A DNA stretch of 64,000 nucleotides, taken from NCBI GenBank assembly GCA_963701075.1, contig OY969559.1, forward strand, positions 992,001 to 1,056,000, written 5' to 3'. This document shows positions 28,441 to 38,836 of this stretch, in pieces. Source of the DNA: an uncultured Nitrososphaerota archaeon. Its GTDB lineage: Archaea; Thermoproteota; Nitrososphaeria; Nitrososphaerales; Nitrosopumilaceae. The notes under the pieces were generated by a model, which worked only from the letters and a program-made list of their open reading frames with translations, did no database searches and was not told the origin of the DNA. The stretch's first letter is position 1. Each line of letters starts with the position of its first letter. The translations under genes were made by a program, and so were the position numbers.

Positions 28441-29795
28441 GTTTTTCTACAAAAGAAATTTGGAAAGAATTTTCAAGTAGCGGTATAGGTCTAGTAGGAA
28501 TAGGGATTTTGGTGGTACTATTTTGCATGTCAATAGCTGCTTTTATCGTCATTCCTGCTGAGACTTTTAAAGAGTGGAATGATCCTGCAAGTTGGCTCAC
28601 ATATCCAAAATCTGCACTTCCTATCTGGGTAAACTATTTTCTATCCAACAAGATTCCAGAACACATGATTTTGAAGCCTCAGGAATCTTATCAAAAGTCT
28701 GGGAATGTATCTGTCGTAACTGATGTCTTTGCAGTAGACTATGAGTATGACTCATTTCCAAGCGATTTTATCTATCAATATTCTGTTAGATACACTGGAG
28801 CACCATTAGTGCAACTATTGGTAACACGGCCAGATGGTCTAAGCTCCGTTCTCATATCTACCTCATTGCCTTATTCTTACAACGAAACAATGTTTAGCGG
28901 AATGCTATTTTCTACAGATGATTCGATGAAAAAGAACCTTGAAAACAATATTTTGTTCTCATTTCCTGTTACTGCCCTTCCTTCCCAGAATCTTGTTTTT
29001 TCAGACCTTGACCAAAACAAGGCTCTAAAGGGACATTATATTTTCAAGGCAAAGATCTATGACATAGATGGTAACATTACACCTGATCAATCAACATTTG
29101 TTCTAGGCGGTAAAGCATATGGGCTCATGGGTACAGACGAACTGAGACGTGACTTGGCAGTTGGGATTTTGTGGGGAACTCCATTGGCACTTTTTATTGG
29201 AATTACTGTCTCAATAGGTTCTGTAACGCTGGGACTTGTCTATGGGGTATTTGCCGGTTTTAAGGGAAAGACTACTGATGAAGCGATGATGCGTTTCAAT
29301 GATATCATATATGCCATGCCAGCACTTCCACTCTTAATTATTTTGGCAGTGACAATTGGAAACAGCATATTTCTCATAGTGGGGTTTTTGGTCATATTTG
29401 GTTGGGTAGGGATAGCCAAGGTATCAAGAAGTATGGCTATGCAGATTAAGACATTGCAATACATTGAGGCCTCAAAACTCATGGGACAAAAAGACTTTAA
29501 GATAATATTCAAACATGTACTACCGCAACTTCTTCCTTACACATTTGCAAGTATCGCAATCTCTGTTCCAGCAGCAATAACTACAGAGGCAGGGCTTAGC
29601 TTCTTGGGGCTAGGAGATCCAACCTTTCCTACGTGGGGTCAGATATTGCACGATGCTAGTGTCTACGGAGCTGCAGAAAGAGGACTCTGGTGGTGGATAC
29701 TTCCTCCGGGAATTATGATTGCAATAACTGGTCTTGCCTTTGTCTTTATTGGCCATGCGATGGACGCAATAGTTAATCCTAAGCTACGACGTTAG
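28437..29795 (+). CDS. dppC: Peptide ABC transporter permease (DppC/OppC)
   Basis: MGTDELRRD, YIEASKLMG, EAGLSFLGLGDP..PTWG. Confidence 0.92.
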   Translation: MSFSTKEIWKEFSSSGIGLVGIGILVVLFCMSIAAFIVIPAETFKEWNDPASWLTYPKSALPIWVNYFLSNKIPEHMILKPQESYQKSGNVSVVTDVFAVDYEYDSFPSDFIYQYSVRYTGAPLVQLLVTRPDGLSSVLISTSLPYSYNETMFSGMLFSTDDSMKKNLENNILFSFPVTALPSQNLVFSDLDQNKALKGHYIFKAKIYDIDGNITPDQSTFVLGGKAYGLMGTDELRRDLAVGILWGTPLALFIGITVSIGSVTLGLVYGVFAGFKGKTTDEAMMRFNDIIYAMPALPLLIILAVTIGNSIFLIVGFLVIFGWVGIAKVSRSMAMQIKTLQYIEASKLMGQKDFKIIFKHVLPQLLPYTFASIAISVPAAITTEAGLSFLGLGDPTFPTWGQILHDASVYGAAERGLWWWILPPGIMIAITGLAFVFIGHAMDAIVNPKLRR

Positions 29796-30108
29796 AATTG
29801 AACTGACGAATTATCTTTATTGTTTCATCATTAAGTCTAATGGTATATGCGGCAGAGTTAGGGTCTGTAGACTGGGCAAGTGATTCTGCAAATTGTGTCT
29901 TGTCTTTTCCTCTTTGGTACATACCTCCAGACTCTTTGATGCATAGTGGGAATTTTTGCAGTTTGAGTCCATTTTGGAAGAGATGAGCCATGAATTTTTT
30001 GTAATCTTCTGGAGAATACCACTCTGCATTTTTTTCTTCACAAAGCATTATCCAAGTGTCTATTGTATTCTGGAATAATGCTTTCTTTCTAAGATCTTCA
30101 AGGGTCAT
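29779..30108 (-). CDS. Conserved hypothetical protein
   Basis: 109-aa ORF with protein-like composition in a compact minus-strand run. Confidence 0.7.
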   Translation of the reverse strand: MTLEDLRKKALFQNTIDTWIMLCEEKNAEWYSPEDYKKFMAHLFQNGLKLQKFPLCIKESGGMYQRGKDKTQFAESLAQSTDPNSAAYTIRLNDETIKIIRQFNSNVVA

Positions 30109-30117
30109 TTTTAAATT

Positions 30118-30429
30118 TTAAAAGTCTGCTCTTTTCATCTTAGAGCCACATCTTGGACAGGTACCGCCTTTGAATCTATTATTGCATGCAAGACAGATGT
30201 ATTTGACTCCTTGACCTTGACCAAAGAACCCACCTCCGCCACTACCAGTGTCTGTTCCCATTCCTCCCATTCTTTTGAGCGCTCTATTTCTCAAGAAGAG
30301 GGGAAATACTATGAAAATTGCTAATGCAGCTATCAAACCAAATGGCCATGGTAAAAGCATCTGTAATCCTATGCTAACTGCAAGTGATCCAAAAAGGAAA
30401 ATGAGGTAAGTCTTGTAGTTTATCAACAT
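30118..30429 (-). CDS. Small membrane protein with Gly linker and zinc ribbon
   Basis: Two TM, then CLACN...CPRCGS. Confidence 0.75.
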   Translation of the reverse strand: MLINYKTYLIFLFGSLAVSIGLQMLLPWPFGLIAALAIFIVFPLFLRNRALKRMGGMGTDTGSGGGGFFGQGQGVKYICLACNNRFKGGTCPRCGSKMKRADF

Positions 30430-30462
30430 TACCTGTTATAGCAAAAAGCTTATAAATTTTTG

Positions 30463-30876
30463 TCATGATTTGTCCAAACTTATTGTTATTTCAAGTAGGT
30501 TTCCATCACGGTCGTAGGCAAATACGTCATTATCATCATACGGGGATTGCACAATTATTGAAACAAAACCAAAAAAATTGTGCAGATCAGTGACAGAAGG
30601 CTTTGCCACCCCGCTTGGGTGAGAGTGAACAGTGCCAACATAACTGGCATCTAGGGGCAGAAATGAATGTGGAAACCCTGCAAATGTAGGTCCCGTGTGT
30701 GAGAACGGCGGTATAACTAGACCATCGACAAAGACCTGTCCTTTCTTGTATTTGCCGCGTAAAATGAGAATTCCCTCGTTGGGATGATTCATCTTGCAGT
30801 AAGTGAGAATCCCGTCTCGGATTTGTTTAGTTACAGTTACGGTTCTACGTACTCCTTGCGTTCTCTTAAATATCAC
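30463..30876 (-). CDS. JAB/MPN+ (JAMM) metalloprotease
   Basis: PNEGILIL and VHSHPSG...PSVTD (HxH-x7-S-x2-D). Confidence 0.9.
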   Translation of the reverse strand: MIFKRTQGVRRTVTVTKQIRDGILTYCKMNHPNEGILILRGKYKKGQVFVDGLVIPPFSHTGPTFAGFPHSFLPLDASYVGTVHSHPSGVAKPSVTDLHNFFGFVSIIVQSPYDDNDVFAYDRDGNLLEITISLDKS

Positions 30877-30930
30877 AGTATAACCTTTACATAGAAACTA
30901 ATTAACCTTAGAAAATCGAGATTTCGAATT

Positions 30931-32211
30931 CTATGTCTTAATGATGACCTTTCCATTATTTAGGCGGGTCATCTTCGCTTCTATCTCTAATTTTATAGTA
31001 TTATGCTCTGACTCATTCTCTTTGATCTCTTTTTCTATTTTTTCATCAGATGCTTCCAAGTCAGCTATGTTTGATCTTGCCTTTTCAAGTTCTCTTTCTT
31101 TTACTTCTAATGTTTTTACATCAAATACGTTTAAACTAACTTCTAGATCAGTAATCTTCTTTGCAAAAGTAGCTTTTAGTTTTAAAAATTCATCCAGTCT
31201 ATCTATTGTTTCTTCAATTAGTTCTATTGCCTTGTCTGAATCTTTTACTGAGACATTTCCTGCCACAACTGACTTTGCAGCTGCCTGTAAAATCTCAATT
31301 ACTGGTTCTTTGTTGTGGATTGAAATAACTTCGTAGGGATCAGAAATAAGTTCCTCCATCAACTTTTTCATTGGCTTGTCAAATGAAGAAACATAACTAT
31401 ACTTGCTGAGTGGTCTTGCAATCTTGGTAAACTGTGCATCTATTTTTCTCTTTATTTCGTGTTTCTCATGAGATAGTAAATCTATTTTTTTTCGTACTTC
31501 TAAGAATTCTCTATGTTCAGGTTTTGCTCTTAGTCCAGATATCTCTAGTTCAAGTCTTGCAACTGTGTGCAACGTCTCCTTTTTCTCATTTCTAACCTCA
31601 ATTAACCTGTGATTTTTTTGTCTTTCTTCAATTTTTAAATTGTCAATTTTTTTAATGAGATCAAGTATGTATGAACAATCTGATTTGAAACTTTCATGTT
31701 CATTTATTAATATCTGTAAGGCGTTTCTATTTTGGGCAAGCTTTGCAATCTCTTCTTTGAGTTTATCCGCATATTTTCTTGCAAAAACATGCATCACTCT
31801 TGTATGTAATCCCAAAATGTCTCCTATTCTCTTGAGTGTTTGACTAACTTCATTATTGACGGCTACTACATCCTCATATCTCTGAATATTGGTTAATTTG
31901 ACGCTAGTTTCCTTCTTGATGGTTGACACCACCGCATCTTTGCCTCTCTTTCCAACTGTCTTTAGATTCTTGTCCACATCATCAAGTTTTAGGTCATCTG
32001 ATTCTAAATGAAGACTTATGCCGTGGATATTCTTTTGGTTGAGTTCAATCTCTGTTTTTAACCGTTTGGCCTCTTGAAGAATATTTGATATGCGCGGACC
32101 TTCAAGTTCTTTGATGACTGCTGGTATCTCTTGTAAAGAGATCTCTCTTTGGTGTTGAGCAGGACTAATTGGATTTTCTACCGTTTTTTTCTTTCCAAAA
32201 CCGAAGACCAT
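30931..32211 (-). CDS. Long coiled-coil hypothetical protein
   Basis: E/K/L-rich heptads throughout; no NTPase motifs. Confidence 0.75.
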   Translation of the reverse strand: MVFGFGKKKTVENPISPAQHQREISLQEIPAVIKELEGPRISNILQEAKRLKTEIELNQKNIHGISLHLESDDLKLDDVDKNLKTVGKRGKDAVVSTIKKETSVKLTNIQRYEDVVAVNNEVSQTLKRIGDILGLHTRVMHVFARKYADKLKEEIAKLAQNRNALQILINEHESFKSDCSYILDLIKKIDNLKIEERQKNHRLIEVRNEKKETLHTVARLELEISGLRAKPEHREFLEVRKKIDLLSHEKHEIKRKIDAQFTKIARPLSKYSYVSSFDKPMKKLMEELISDPYEVISIHNKEPVIEILQAAAKSVVAGNVSVKDSDKAIELIEETIDRLDEFLKLKATFAKKITDLEVSLNVFDVKTLEVKERELEKARSNIADLEASDEKIEKEIKENESEHNTIKLEIEAKMTRLNNGKVIIKT

Positions 32212-32269
32212 GATATCACTGAAGATAGGATGTCACAACGTTAAATATTATGCATAAGAAAATATCGTT

Positions 32270-32578
32270 ATGAGCGATATCAGGCTAATACTGATAGGAT
32301 CTCTGCTCATCTTTGCAGGCTTTTATATTGCTGGCATGGCAGGCTCACAATACACTCAGATTTCCATACAACAAAACCAATTTGACGATTGCTACGACTA
32401 TTCCTCTGGAACAGCAGTACATGTTAACTGTGTACAAGCAGAGAAAGATGCACTTCTATATCTCGGTCTGGCATTAGGTATCATCGGAGGAGGAGTGTAC
32501 CTTATCTTCAAAGGTATAAAGGGTAGATGGGATCAGAACGTAAAAAGTGATGAAATGGTTGGTCCAAAACATGACTGA
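32270..32578 (+). CDS. Small two-TM membrane protein
   Basis: Two hydrophobic helices around a loop with two Cys. Confidence 0.7.
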   Translation: MSDIRLILIGSLLIFAGFYIAGMAGSQYTQISIQQNQFDDCYDYSSGTAVHVNCVQAEKDALLYLGLALGIIGGGVYLIFKGIKGRWDQNVKSDEMVGPKHD

Positions 32579-32712
32579 AAATACTACACTTTTTTGATCA
32601 TGTCCTACATCTGACAAAACTGTCTAGTGTGCAGTTGATCTTTTTCGGATATCCGTACTGATTCTAACTAGTAACATACGTCTTGTATCACGACAGTAAA
32701 CAGAAAAGTCAG

Positions 32713-32808
32713 CGCCAGGTAAGGGATTCGAACCCCTGAGTGCTAATGCACAACCGCTGCCCTGTATATGATCTCGAGGCGGTCGCCGTACCGCTTGGCT
32801 AACCTGGC
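32713..32808 (-). tRNA. tRNA-Ser(CGA) with 14-nt intron at 37/38 (32759-32772)
   Basis: GCCAGGT/ACCTGGC acceptor, ACCGC/GCGGT anticodon stem, CT-CGA-G loop interrupted by ATCATATACAGGGC, long variable arm, GGTTCGAATCC, discriminator G. Confidence 0.93.
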
Positions 32809-32919
32809 AACCTGTGAAGACTCGGTTTTAGGTACATAAATACAATGAGAATAAAGTGATCAGATGATCAAATATATAATAAAGGATATAAAGTAGACAA
32901 TCTATCATAAAAATATCGA

Positions 32920-33084
32920 ATGGAAGCAATAACTAAGAAAACCGTATCCATCGAGTTTCAAGGAAAAAAATATGCTCTCTCAGATGATTCTACTATCGAG
33001 GATCTTCTAGTTCATCTTGGTCTACCAAAAGACAAGATGGTCAGGCTACAGGCTACGCAAGATGGGTTTATCCTGATTTCATAG
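32920..33084 (+). CDS. Small ThiS/MoaD-like beta-grasp-type protein lacking C-terminal GG (54 aa; not in ORF track)
   Basis: MEAITKKTVSIEFQGKKYALSDDSTIEDLLVHLGLPKDKMVRLQATQDGFILIS*; TATAAA about 30 nt upstream. Confidence 0.55.
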   Translation: MEAITKKTVSIEFQGKKYALSDDSTIEDLLVHLGLPKDKMVRLQATQDGFILIS

Positions 33085-33152
33085 TTTGTAATAATTGATA
33101 ATAGATAGTTTATTATTGATACTTTTTAATCACTCATTAGGTATAAGGTATT

Positions 33153-33335
33153 TTGACAAAGACTCGTGTATCCATTACCATTGATGGCGATATTGCAAAG
33201 GCAATTGAAAATTATTACCGCGAAAAGGTCAAGATGGCTGCAGAAAAAGGTGAAGCCATACCTAAACTCTCCAACATTTACGAAGAGATAATCGAAAGAG
33301 GTTGGGAGTTTAAATCTGGTACCCGAAAAAAATAG
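33153..33335 (+). CDS. Small ribbon-helix-helix DNA-binding protein
   Basis: KTRVSITID strand, then two helices (…LSNIYEEIIERG). Confidence 0.7.
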   Translation: MTKTRVSITIDGDIAKAIENYYREKVKMAAEKGEAIPKLSNIYEEIIERGWEFKSGTRKK

Positions 33336-33370
33336 GAAAAGCAAAAATCACCATGTTCTAAACTAAACTT

Positions 33371-34396
33371 ATGGGGTTAGATCTTAAAACGCTATGTGTC
33401 AGAGAAAAGACCAACCTAGAATCTTTTGCATCCAAAATTGTTGCAATAGATGCCTACAACGCAATTTATCAATTCCTCTCAATTATTCGTGGACCTGACG
33501 GATTACCTTTAACTGACTATAGTGGAAAAATAACTAGTCACATCACCGGTCTATTTTACAGAAATATAAATTTCCTATCTCTTGGAATAAAACCAGTTTA
33601 CGTGTTTGATGGAAAACCTCCATCACTAAAATCAGCTGAGATTGAAAGAAGAAAGCAGATCAAGAAAGAAGCCACCATAAAATACGAAAATGCAGTTAGC
33701 CAAGGAAGATACGAGGAAGCAAAAAAATATGCACAACAAACATCAATTCTAAAGGACGAGATGGTTGGAGATTCTAAAATACTGTTAGGACTATTCGGAA
33801 TTCCTTTTGTTGATGCCCCCTCAGAAGGAGAAGCTACGGCAGCTTACATGACTATAACTGGACAGGCTCATGTATCTGCAAGCCAAGATTTTGACTCACT
33901 CTTATTTGGAGCAAAGAAGCTTGTGCGAAACTTTACAAATAGCGGTAAAAGAAAACTGCCTAACAGAAACACCACCATAGAGGTGGAGCCTGAAATTATA
34001 GATCTAATGAAAACCTTGGATCATCTAGGCATAACACGGGAGCAATTGGTGGATGTTGGAATATTGATAGGCACTGATTTTAATCCAGATGGATTTGAGA
34101 GGATAGGACCAAAGACTGCATTAAAGGCTATAAAACAACATGGGAGACTAGAGGAAATACCACAAATTCAAGAAAAACTAGACCAGATTGACTACAAGCA
34201 AATAAGAGAGATATTTTTGCATCCAAAAGTAGCAAACGTTTCTGATCTAAAGTTTGGAAATGTTGACTATCAAGGCATAACAAACTACCTTACAAAGGAA
34301 AGAAGTTTTTCTATTGAAAGAGTGGAAACATCATTGAACAGATTGAAAAAATCAATAGAAAAGAAAAGCCATAATCTGGAACAGTGGTTTAAATGA
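33371..34396 (+). CDS. fen: Flap endonuclease 1
   Basis: [45 protein letters not shown]-terminal PIP-like LEQWF. Confidence 0.97.
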   Translation: MGLDLKTLCVREKTNLESFASKIVAIDAYNAIYQFLSIIRGPDGLPLTDYSGKITSHITGLFYRNINFLSLGIKPVYVFDGKPPSLKSAEIERRKQIKKEATIKYENAVSQGRYEEAKKYAQQTSILKDEMVGDSKILLGLFGIPFVDAPSEGEATAAYMTITGQAHVSASQDFDSLLFGAKKLVRNFTNSGKRKLPNRNTTIEVEPEIIDLMKTLDHLGITREQLVDVGILIGTDFNPDGFERIGPKTALKAIKQHGRLEEIPQIQEKLDQIDYKQIREIFLHPKVANVSDLKFGNVDYQGITNYLTKERSFSIERVETSLNRLKKSIEKKSHNLEQWFK

Positions 34397-34482
34397 TTAA
34401 CACTCTGGCAATAAATTTAAACCCAATTCGCAGTTTAAGCTGAGTTCTCTTTTTATGTAACAAATTTCGACAAAACTAAAAG

Positions 34483-36549
34483 TTGAACAGAATTTCGGCA
34501 GTATCAATCTCGATTCTAGTATCAGTATTACTCATATCAAGCATCACGATGCCACAAATATACGCAACAGGTCAGAGAGCAAAATGGGACGTATCTCCCT
34601 ACTTTCAACTCAATGGTACGGCTACCTCATCCCCGAAGGGACTTGACCCTGTCCAGATATGGGATGCTTACGGCTTTTCCAAGATGAACTGTGATACCCA
34701 AAGCAGTATGGGGTGGGACTATGCAAATCTCTGCGGGCATGGCCAGATAATTGCCATAGTTGATGCTTACGATGATCCCAGCATCGAAAATGACCTTGCA
34801 ACATTTGACCAACATTGGGGATTACCGGAGTGTACTACCACAAATGGATGCTTTACGAAAATAACGCCAAATGGCGTTCCAAATAGCAACTCAACTTGGG
34901 CGCTCGAAGAATCACTTGATGTAGAGTGGGCACATGCAATAGCACCAGGTGCAAAGATAGCTCTTGTTGAATCACAGTCAAATAACTTCAGAGATTTGAT
35001 TCATTCAATAAATTATACCGAGACCACTACTGGAGCAAAGCAGATCTCTATCAGCTGGGGTATGCCAGAATTTCAAAATGAGACAAGTTATGACTCTTAT
35101 TTTGCCAAGTCAGGCATTAGCTTTTTTGCGCCATCAGGTAATGGGGCATACAATGCATATCCTTCTGTTTCTCCATCTGTAGTATCTGTGGGCGGAACAA
35201 CTCTTGATGTTGCAGCCAATGGAGCAGTACGAAGCGAGACTGCATGGAGTGAGAGCTCAGGAGGATCAAGTTTCTACGAGCCAGAGCCACAATATCAGAT
35301 AGTATACAACATTGACAGTGACGGCAAAAGGGCAATCCCAGACGTTTCCTACGATGCAGACCCACGCACAGGTTTTTCGGTTTATGATTCAACTTCATAT
35401 TATAACCAGACAGGTTGGTTTCTAGTTGGTGGAACAAGTGCAGGCATTCCGCAGTGGACTGCCATTGCAGCAATAGCAAACAGCCAAGGCGCAGGACTCT
35501 CATCATATCGATTTGTTACCAACGGAGATCTCTATACTGCAGCAACAGGCATAGAGTATTCTTCCAATTACAGGGACATTACTCTGGGAGGAAACATTGT
35601 AAATCAAGCAACTTCAGGATATGACTTTACAACCGGCCTTGGAAGCCCGATATCACACAACCTTGCATCACTCTTATCCCCAAAACCTACTACATCATCA
35701 GTCCCACTAAACCTAGTGGTAACCCCATCCAACAGACAGATATCACTGACATGGCAATCTCCATCTTTTACTGGAGGATTGCCAATAACAAAATACAACA
35801 TCTATCGAGGCACAGCGTCTGCAGCAGAGATGGTAATCAATAATGTACCGTCCACTAATCAATCCTTTAACGATATATGGCTTGAAAACGGGATGCCATA
35901 CTACTACTATGTTACTGCTATCAATGCTGCAGGTGAATCTCATGACTCTAATGAAGCATATGCCATCCCTGCAGGAATACCATCTGCTCCACAGAATCTT
36001 GCAGGAAGTACCTCAGGCGATCAGGTATTACTAACGTGGCAGCCTCCGTCCTCTAATAATGGCTCTTCGATAATAAAATACGATATCTATAGGGGAACAT
36101 CATCAGGCCAAGAGACATTGCTCAATTCTATCTCAAATAGCACGACATCATATGAAGACACCATTACTGGTACTGATCAAACTTACTATTACTATGTGAC
36201 AGCGGTAAATGTGATGGGAGAATCACAGAAATCAAATGAAGTTCCTGTGTCCCAGTCTGCAGGAATACCATCTGCTCCGCAGAATCTTGCAGCTAGTGTG
36301 ACAAGTAAACAGATAGTGCTGATATGGCAGCAACCTGCTTCAACTGGTGGCTCTGCAATAATAAAGTATAACATATACCAAGGTACAAGTCAGGGAAATG
36401 AGGTTTTCCTCTCATCTGTTCCACCAGATGCTTCTGATTATACCAATTCCTTTCTTGTCAACGGTGCAACTTACTATTACTACGTGACAGCAGTAAACGC
36501 TATGGGAGAATCACAGAAATCAAACGAAGTTTCTAGTACACCTGGTTGA
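34483..36549 (+). CDS. Secreted S53 (sedolisin-type) peptidase with three fibronectin type III domains
   Basis: EESLDVEWAH, IPDVSYDADP, GGTSAG, GYDFTTGLGSP; three PSAPQNL/W..P/YYYYVTAVN FN3 units. Confidence 0.9.
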   Translation: MNRISAVSISILVSVLLISSITMPQIYATGQRAKWDVSPYFQLNGTATSSPKGLDPVQIWDAYGFSKMNCDTQSSMGWDYANLCGHGQIIAIVDAYDDPSIENDLATFDQHWGLPECTTTNGCFTKITPNGVPNSNSTWALEESLDVEWAHAIAPGAKIALVESQSNNFRDLIHSINYTETTTGAKQISISWGMPEFQNETSYDSYFAKSGISFFAPSGNGAYNAYPSVSPSVVSVGGTTLDVAANGAVRSETAWSESSGGSSFYEPEPQYQIVYNIDSDGKRAIPDVSYDADPRTGFSVYDSTSYYNQTGWFLVGGTSAGIPQWTAIAAIANSQGAGLSSYRFVTNGDLYTAATGIEYSSNYRDITLGGNIVNQATSGYDFTTGLGSPISHNLASLLSPKPTTSSVPLNLVVTPSNRQISLTWQSPSFTGGLPITKYNIYRGTASAAEMVINNVPSTNQSFNDIWLENGMPYYYYVTAINAAGESHDSNEAYAIPAGIPSAPQNLAGSTSGDQVLLTWQPPSSNNGSSIIKYDIYRGTSSGQETLLNSISNSTTSYEDTITGTDQTYYYYVTAVNVMGESQKSNEVPVSQSAGIPSAPQNLAASVTSKQIVLIWQQPASTGGSAIIKYNIYQGTSQGNEVFLSSVPPDASDYTNSFLVNGATYYYYVTAVNAMGESQKSNEVSSTPG
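35971..36532 (+). repeat. Intragenic duplication of FN3 modules (about 288-nt period)
   Basis: gcaggaataccatctgctcc.cagaatcttgcag at about 35971 and 36259; ggagaatcacagaaatcaaa.gaagtt at about 36218 and 36505. Confidence 0.75.
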
Positions 36550-36559
36550 TCTTCTTTCT

Positions 36560-37105
36560 ATGGATCGAGTAAAAAGTTCCCCTAAAACGAGTGTTACTTT
36601 TAGGATTGACTCCAACGAATTAAAACAACTAAAGAAAGAAGCCGATCACAAAGAAATTAGTTTAAACACTCTTGCAGGACAAATTTTTAGGCAACACATC
36701 GACTGGCATTCTAATGCTCCAAAAGCAGGTTTTGTTTCAGTTACAAAAGGTCTGATATCTGGCATGTTGAACAAAATCTCGGATGAAGAAATTCTCAAAC
36801 TTGCAGAGTATACTGCAAAAAAATAATCCAAGGACTTTGTTTTGTTGTTGAGAAATGAATACAATATTATTCCTATATTAGATGTGCTTGAGACAAGAAT
36901 GCGAGTATCTGGCTTTCAGTATAGACATGAAGTAAATGATACTGTCCATTCATACGTAATACAGCATGATATGGGAAATAAATGGTCTATCTATATGGCA
37001 GCACAATATAGATATGTTTTTGATGAGTTTAATCTAAAAACAGTTACCTTTGAAATGACAGGCAATACACTTGCATTCATAGTAGATCTCAAAGCTACGG
37101 ATTAA
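36560..37105 (+). pseudogene. RHH-type regulator with C-terminal ligand-binding-like domain, interrupted by in-frame TAA (36824-36826)
   Basis: SVTFRID...ISLNTLAGQIF (RHH); ORFs 36560 and 36842 share one frame: YTAKK*SKDFVLLLRNEY. Confidence 0.7.
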
Positions 37106-37190
37106 CTGTCATTTGTTTGTGCTTGTACAATAAAAACACAAACCGTTTCTAAATATTTGTCTACATGGAAATTTAGAATTTTTATAATCG

Positions 37191-38822
37191 TTATAGTCGT
37201 TTTCGTTTTTCTTCTATTCTTTTTTCAGATTCCAATCTTTCAAGATTGTAGTTTTTAAGATCAACATGTCTTATTATCTGACTAAGATTTGGATGGATCT
37301 TTTTAATCGACTTGAACATTTCTTGCGCGACCTTGCGATAATCTTGATGTCCCTGTGGGACTGTTCTTAGTTCTATTAAATGAGTAGCTTCTCTAAGGTT
37401 CAATTTCATAAAATAAGGATACTTGTAAGCAAAGTTTACTACATACTGTGCTTGCTCTGGCATTTTTTGTCTTACTAAGTTAAAAATTTCTTTTGATTTG
37501 TACATGCAATCTTCAAAGTCTTTTCTTATTCCAAGTGACAAAACTTCTTTTGGAACAGAAAAATCATGATCTGTTGTTAACAACTGTCTCTCTAGCGTTA
37601 AGACTCGGTGCCTATGAAAATCACGGAACATGCCAAAATTAGTCAGTAGATCAAACGTATAGTCTGTCATTTCAAATCCTCTGGGCGGCCTATGGCGTCT
37701 ATTCTGCCTTATGTCTGAAAACGTTTTGATAATTTTCTTTCTTGCAGGAGAACTCATCTTTCGTATCTGAGATAGTATTTCATGGTATGACATACCTAAA
37801 GACTGTTCGTATAGTAATGCAGAGATTATCTTATCTTCTGCCCTTTTTTCAGATTCACATTCAACCATTTGGACTAGAAAGTCTTTTGTCTTTTTAGACT
37901 TGAGGTATTTCTTGTTGAATGTATATGCAGTATTTTTTAGATCAGATAAGTAACTTTGTAAGGCCTTACCATGTTTATCATCGGCTCTTTTTACAAATGA
38001 CTTGATGGTAGTATCTAACTCTCTGTGTATTTTTGTAGCAGTTTCTCTTTCTTCTCTTAGATTAGAAGAGTATAGTACAGTGAGAAGATACTCAAACGCT
38101 CTTCCATTACCGGTAATTCCAACATTTGTAAGAGTTGAGGCAGGTAATATTCCTCGCAAAACATCTAATGATTTTGCTCTTATTGTTGCATTATAAATAC
38201 GCGTAGCAGACTTGATATCAGATTCGTCTTTAAGGTGTGAAAATAAAATATCCTCTCCTGACGAATTTTTGAATTTTTGATTTTCTATTGGCTCTCTCTC
38301 CTGAATATATGATGTCATCAATTGTATATTTTTAGAATAAACATCAAAATCTAAATTACAGGATTCTAAATACTGATCCGCATATTTTGAATTCATTATA
38401 TAGGACTCTTTGAAAAACTTGTATTCTCCATTAACCTTTTTATCCCAAGCTACATACCGTGAAGACTTTTCAAGATACGACAACCCAATTCTACGGTCTT
38501 CAATTTTCTTTACTGCAATATTGGATAGACCTTCTATTGCAATTTGTGCCTCGCCAAGCTCTGCAACAGAATCATCTCCATATTCTAGTAAGACTTTGCT
38601 GTAAAATTCTTCTCCACGATTTTCGTTTTGCAGAAACTCGTCAAGAAATATCCTTCGCATACTTTTATCAGTTCTGCTGTATCTTGACATCAGAGCTCCA
38701 CGATCTACTTGCCGTGGTGTTATGACTGCAAAAACAGAGTCATCTATATTAGAAAAGTGTTTTAGTAGGATCTCTTTTTCAGATTCAGAAAACTCTGACA
38801 ACACGATTCGAAAGTAGTTCAA
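37191..38822 (-). CDS. thyX: FAD-dependent thymidylate synthase (double-domain ThyX)
   Basis: [48 protein letters not shown]; start may be about 6 codons inside. Confidence 0.92.
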   Translation of the reverse strand: MNYFRIVLSEFSESEKEILLKHFSNIDDSVFAVITPRQVDRGALMSRYSRTDKSMRRIFLDEFLQNENRGEEFYSKVLLEYGDDSVAELGEAQIAIEGLSNIAVKKIEDRRIGLSYLEKSSRYVAWDKKVNGEYKFFKESYIMNSKYADQYLESCNLDFDVYSKNIQLMTSYIQEREPIENQKFKNSSGEDILFSHLKDESDIKSATRIYNATIRAKSLDVLRGILPASTLTNVGITGNGRAFEYLLTVLYSSNLREERETATKIHRELDTTIKSFVKRADDKHGKALQSYLSDLKNTAYTFNKKYLKSKKTKDFLVQMVECESEKRAEDKIISALLYEQSLGMSYHEILSQIRKMSSPARKKIIKTFSDIRQNRRHRPPRGFEMTDYTFDLLTNFGMFRDFHRHRVLTLERQLLTTDHDFSVPKEVLSLGIRKDFEDCMYKSKEIFNLVRQKMPEQAQYVVNFAYKYPYFMKLNLREATHLIELRTVPQGHQDYRKVAQEMFKSIKKIHPNLSQIIRHVDLKNYNLERLESEKRIEEKRKRL

Positions 38823-38836
38823 TTATAAATAATCTA

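Noticed and set aside
30931-32211. SMC/Rad50/SbcC-type ATPase
   Set aside because: Coiled coil only; no Walker A/B, signature or zinc-hook motif
36824-36826. Sec/Pyl-type read-through of the internal stop
   Set aside because: The codon is TAA, not TGA or TAG, and no recoding element is visible
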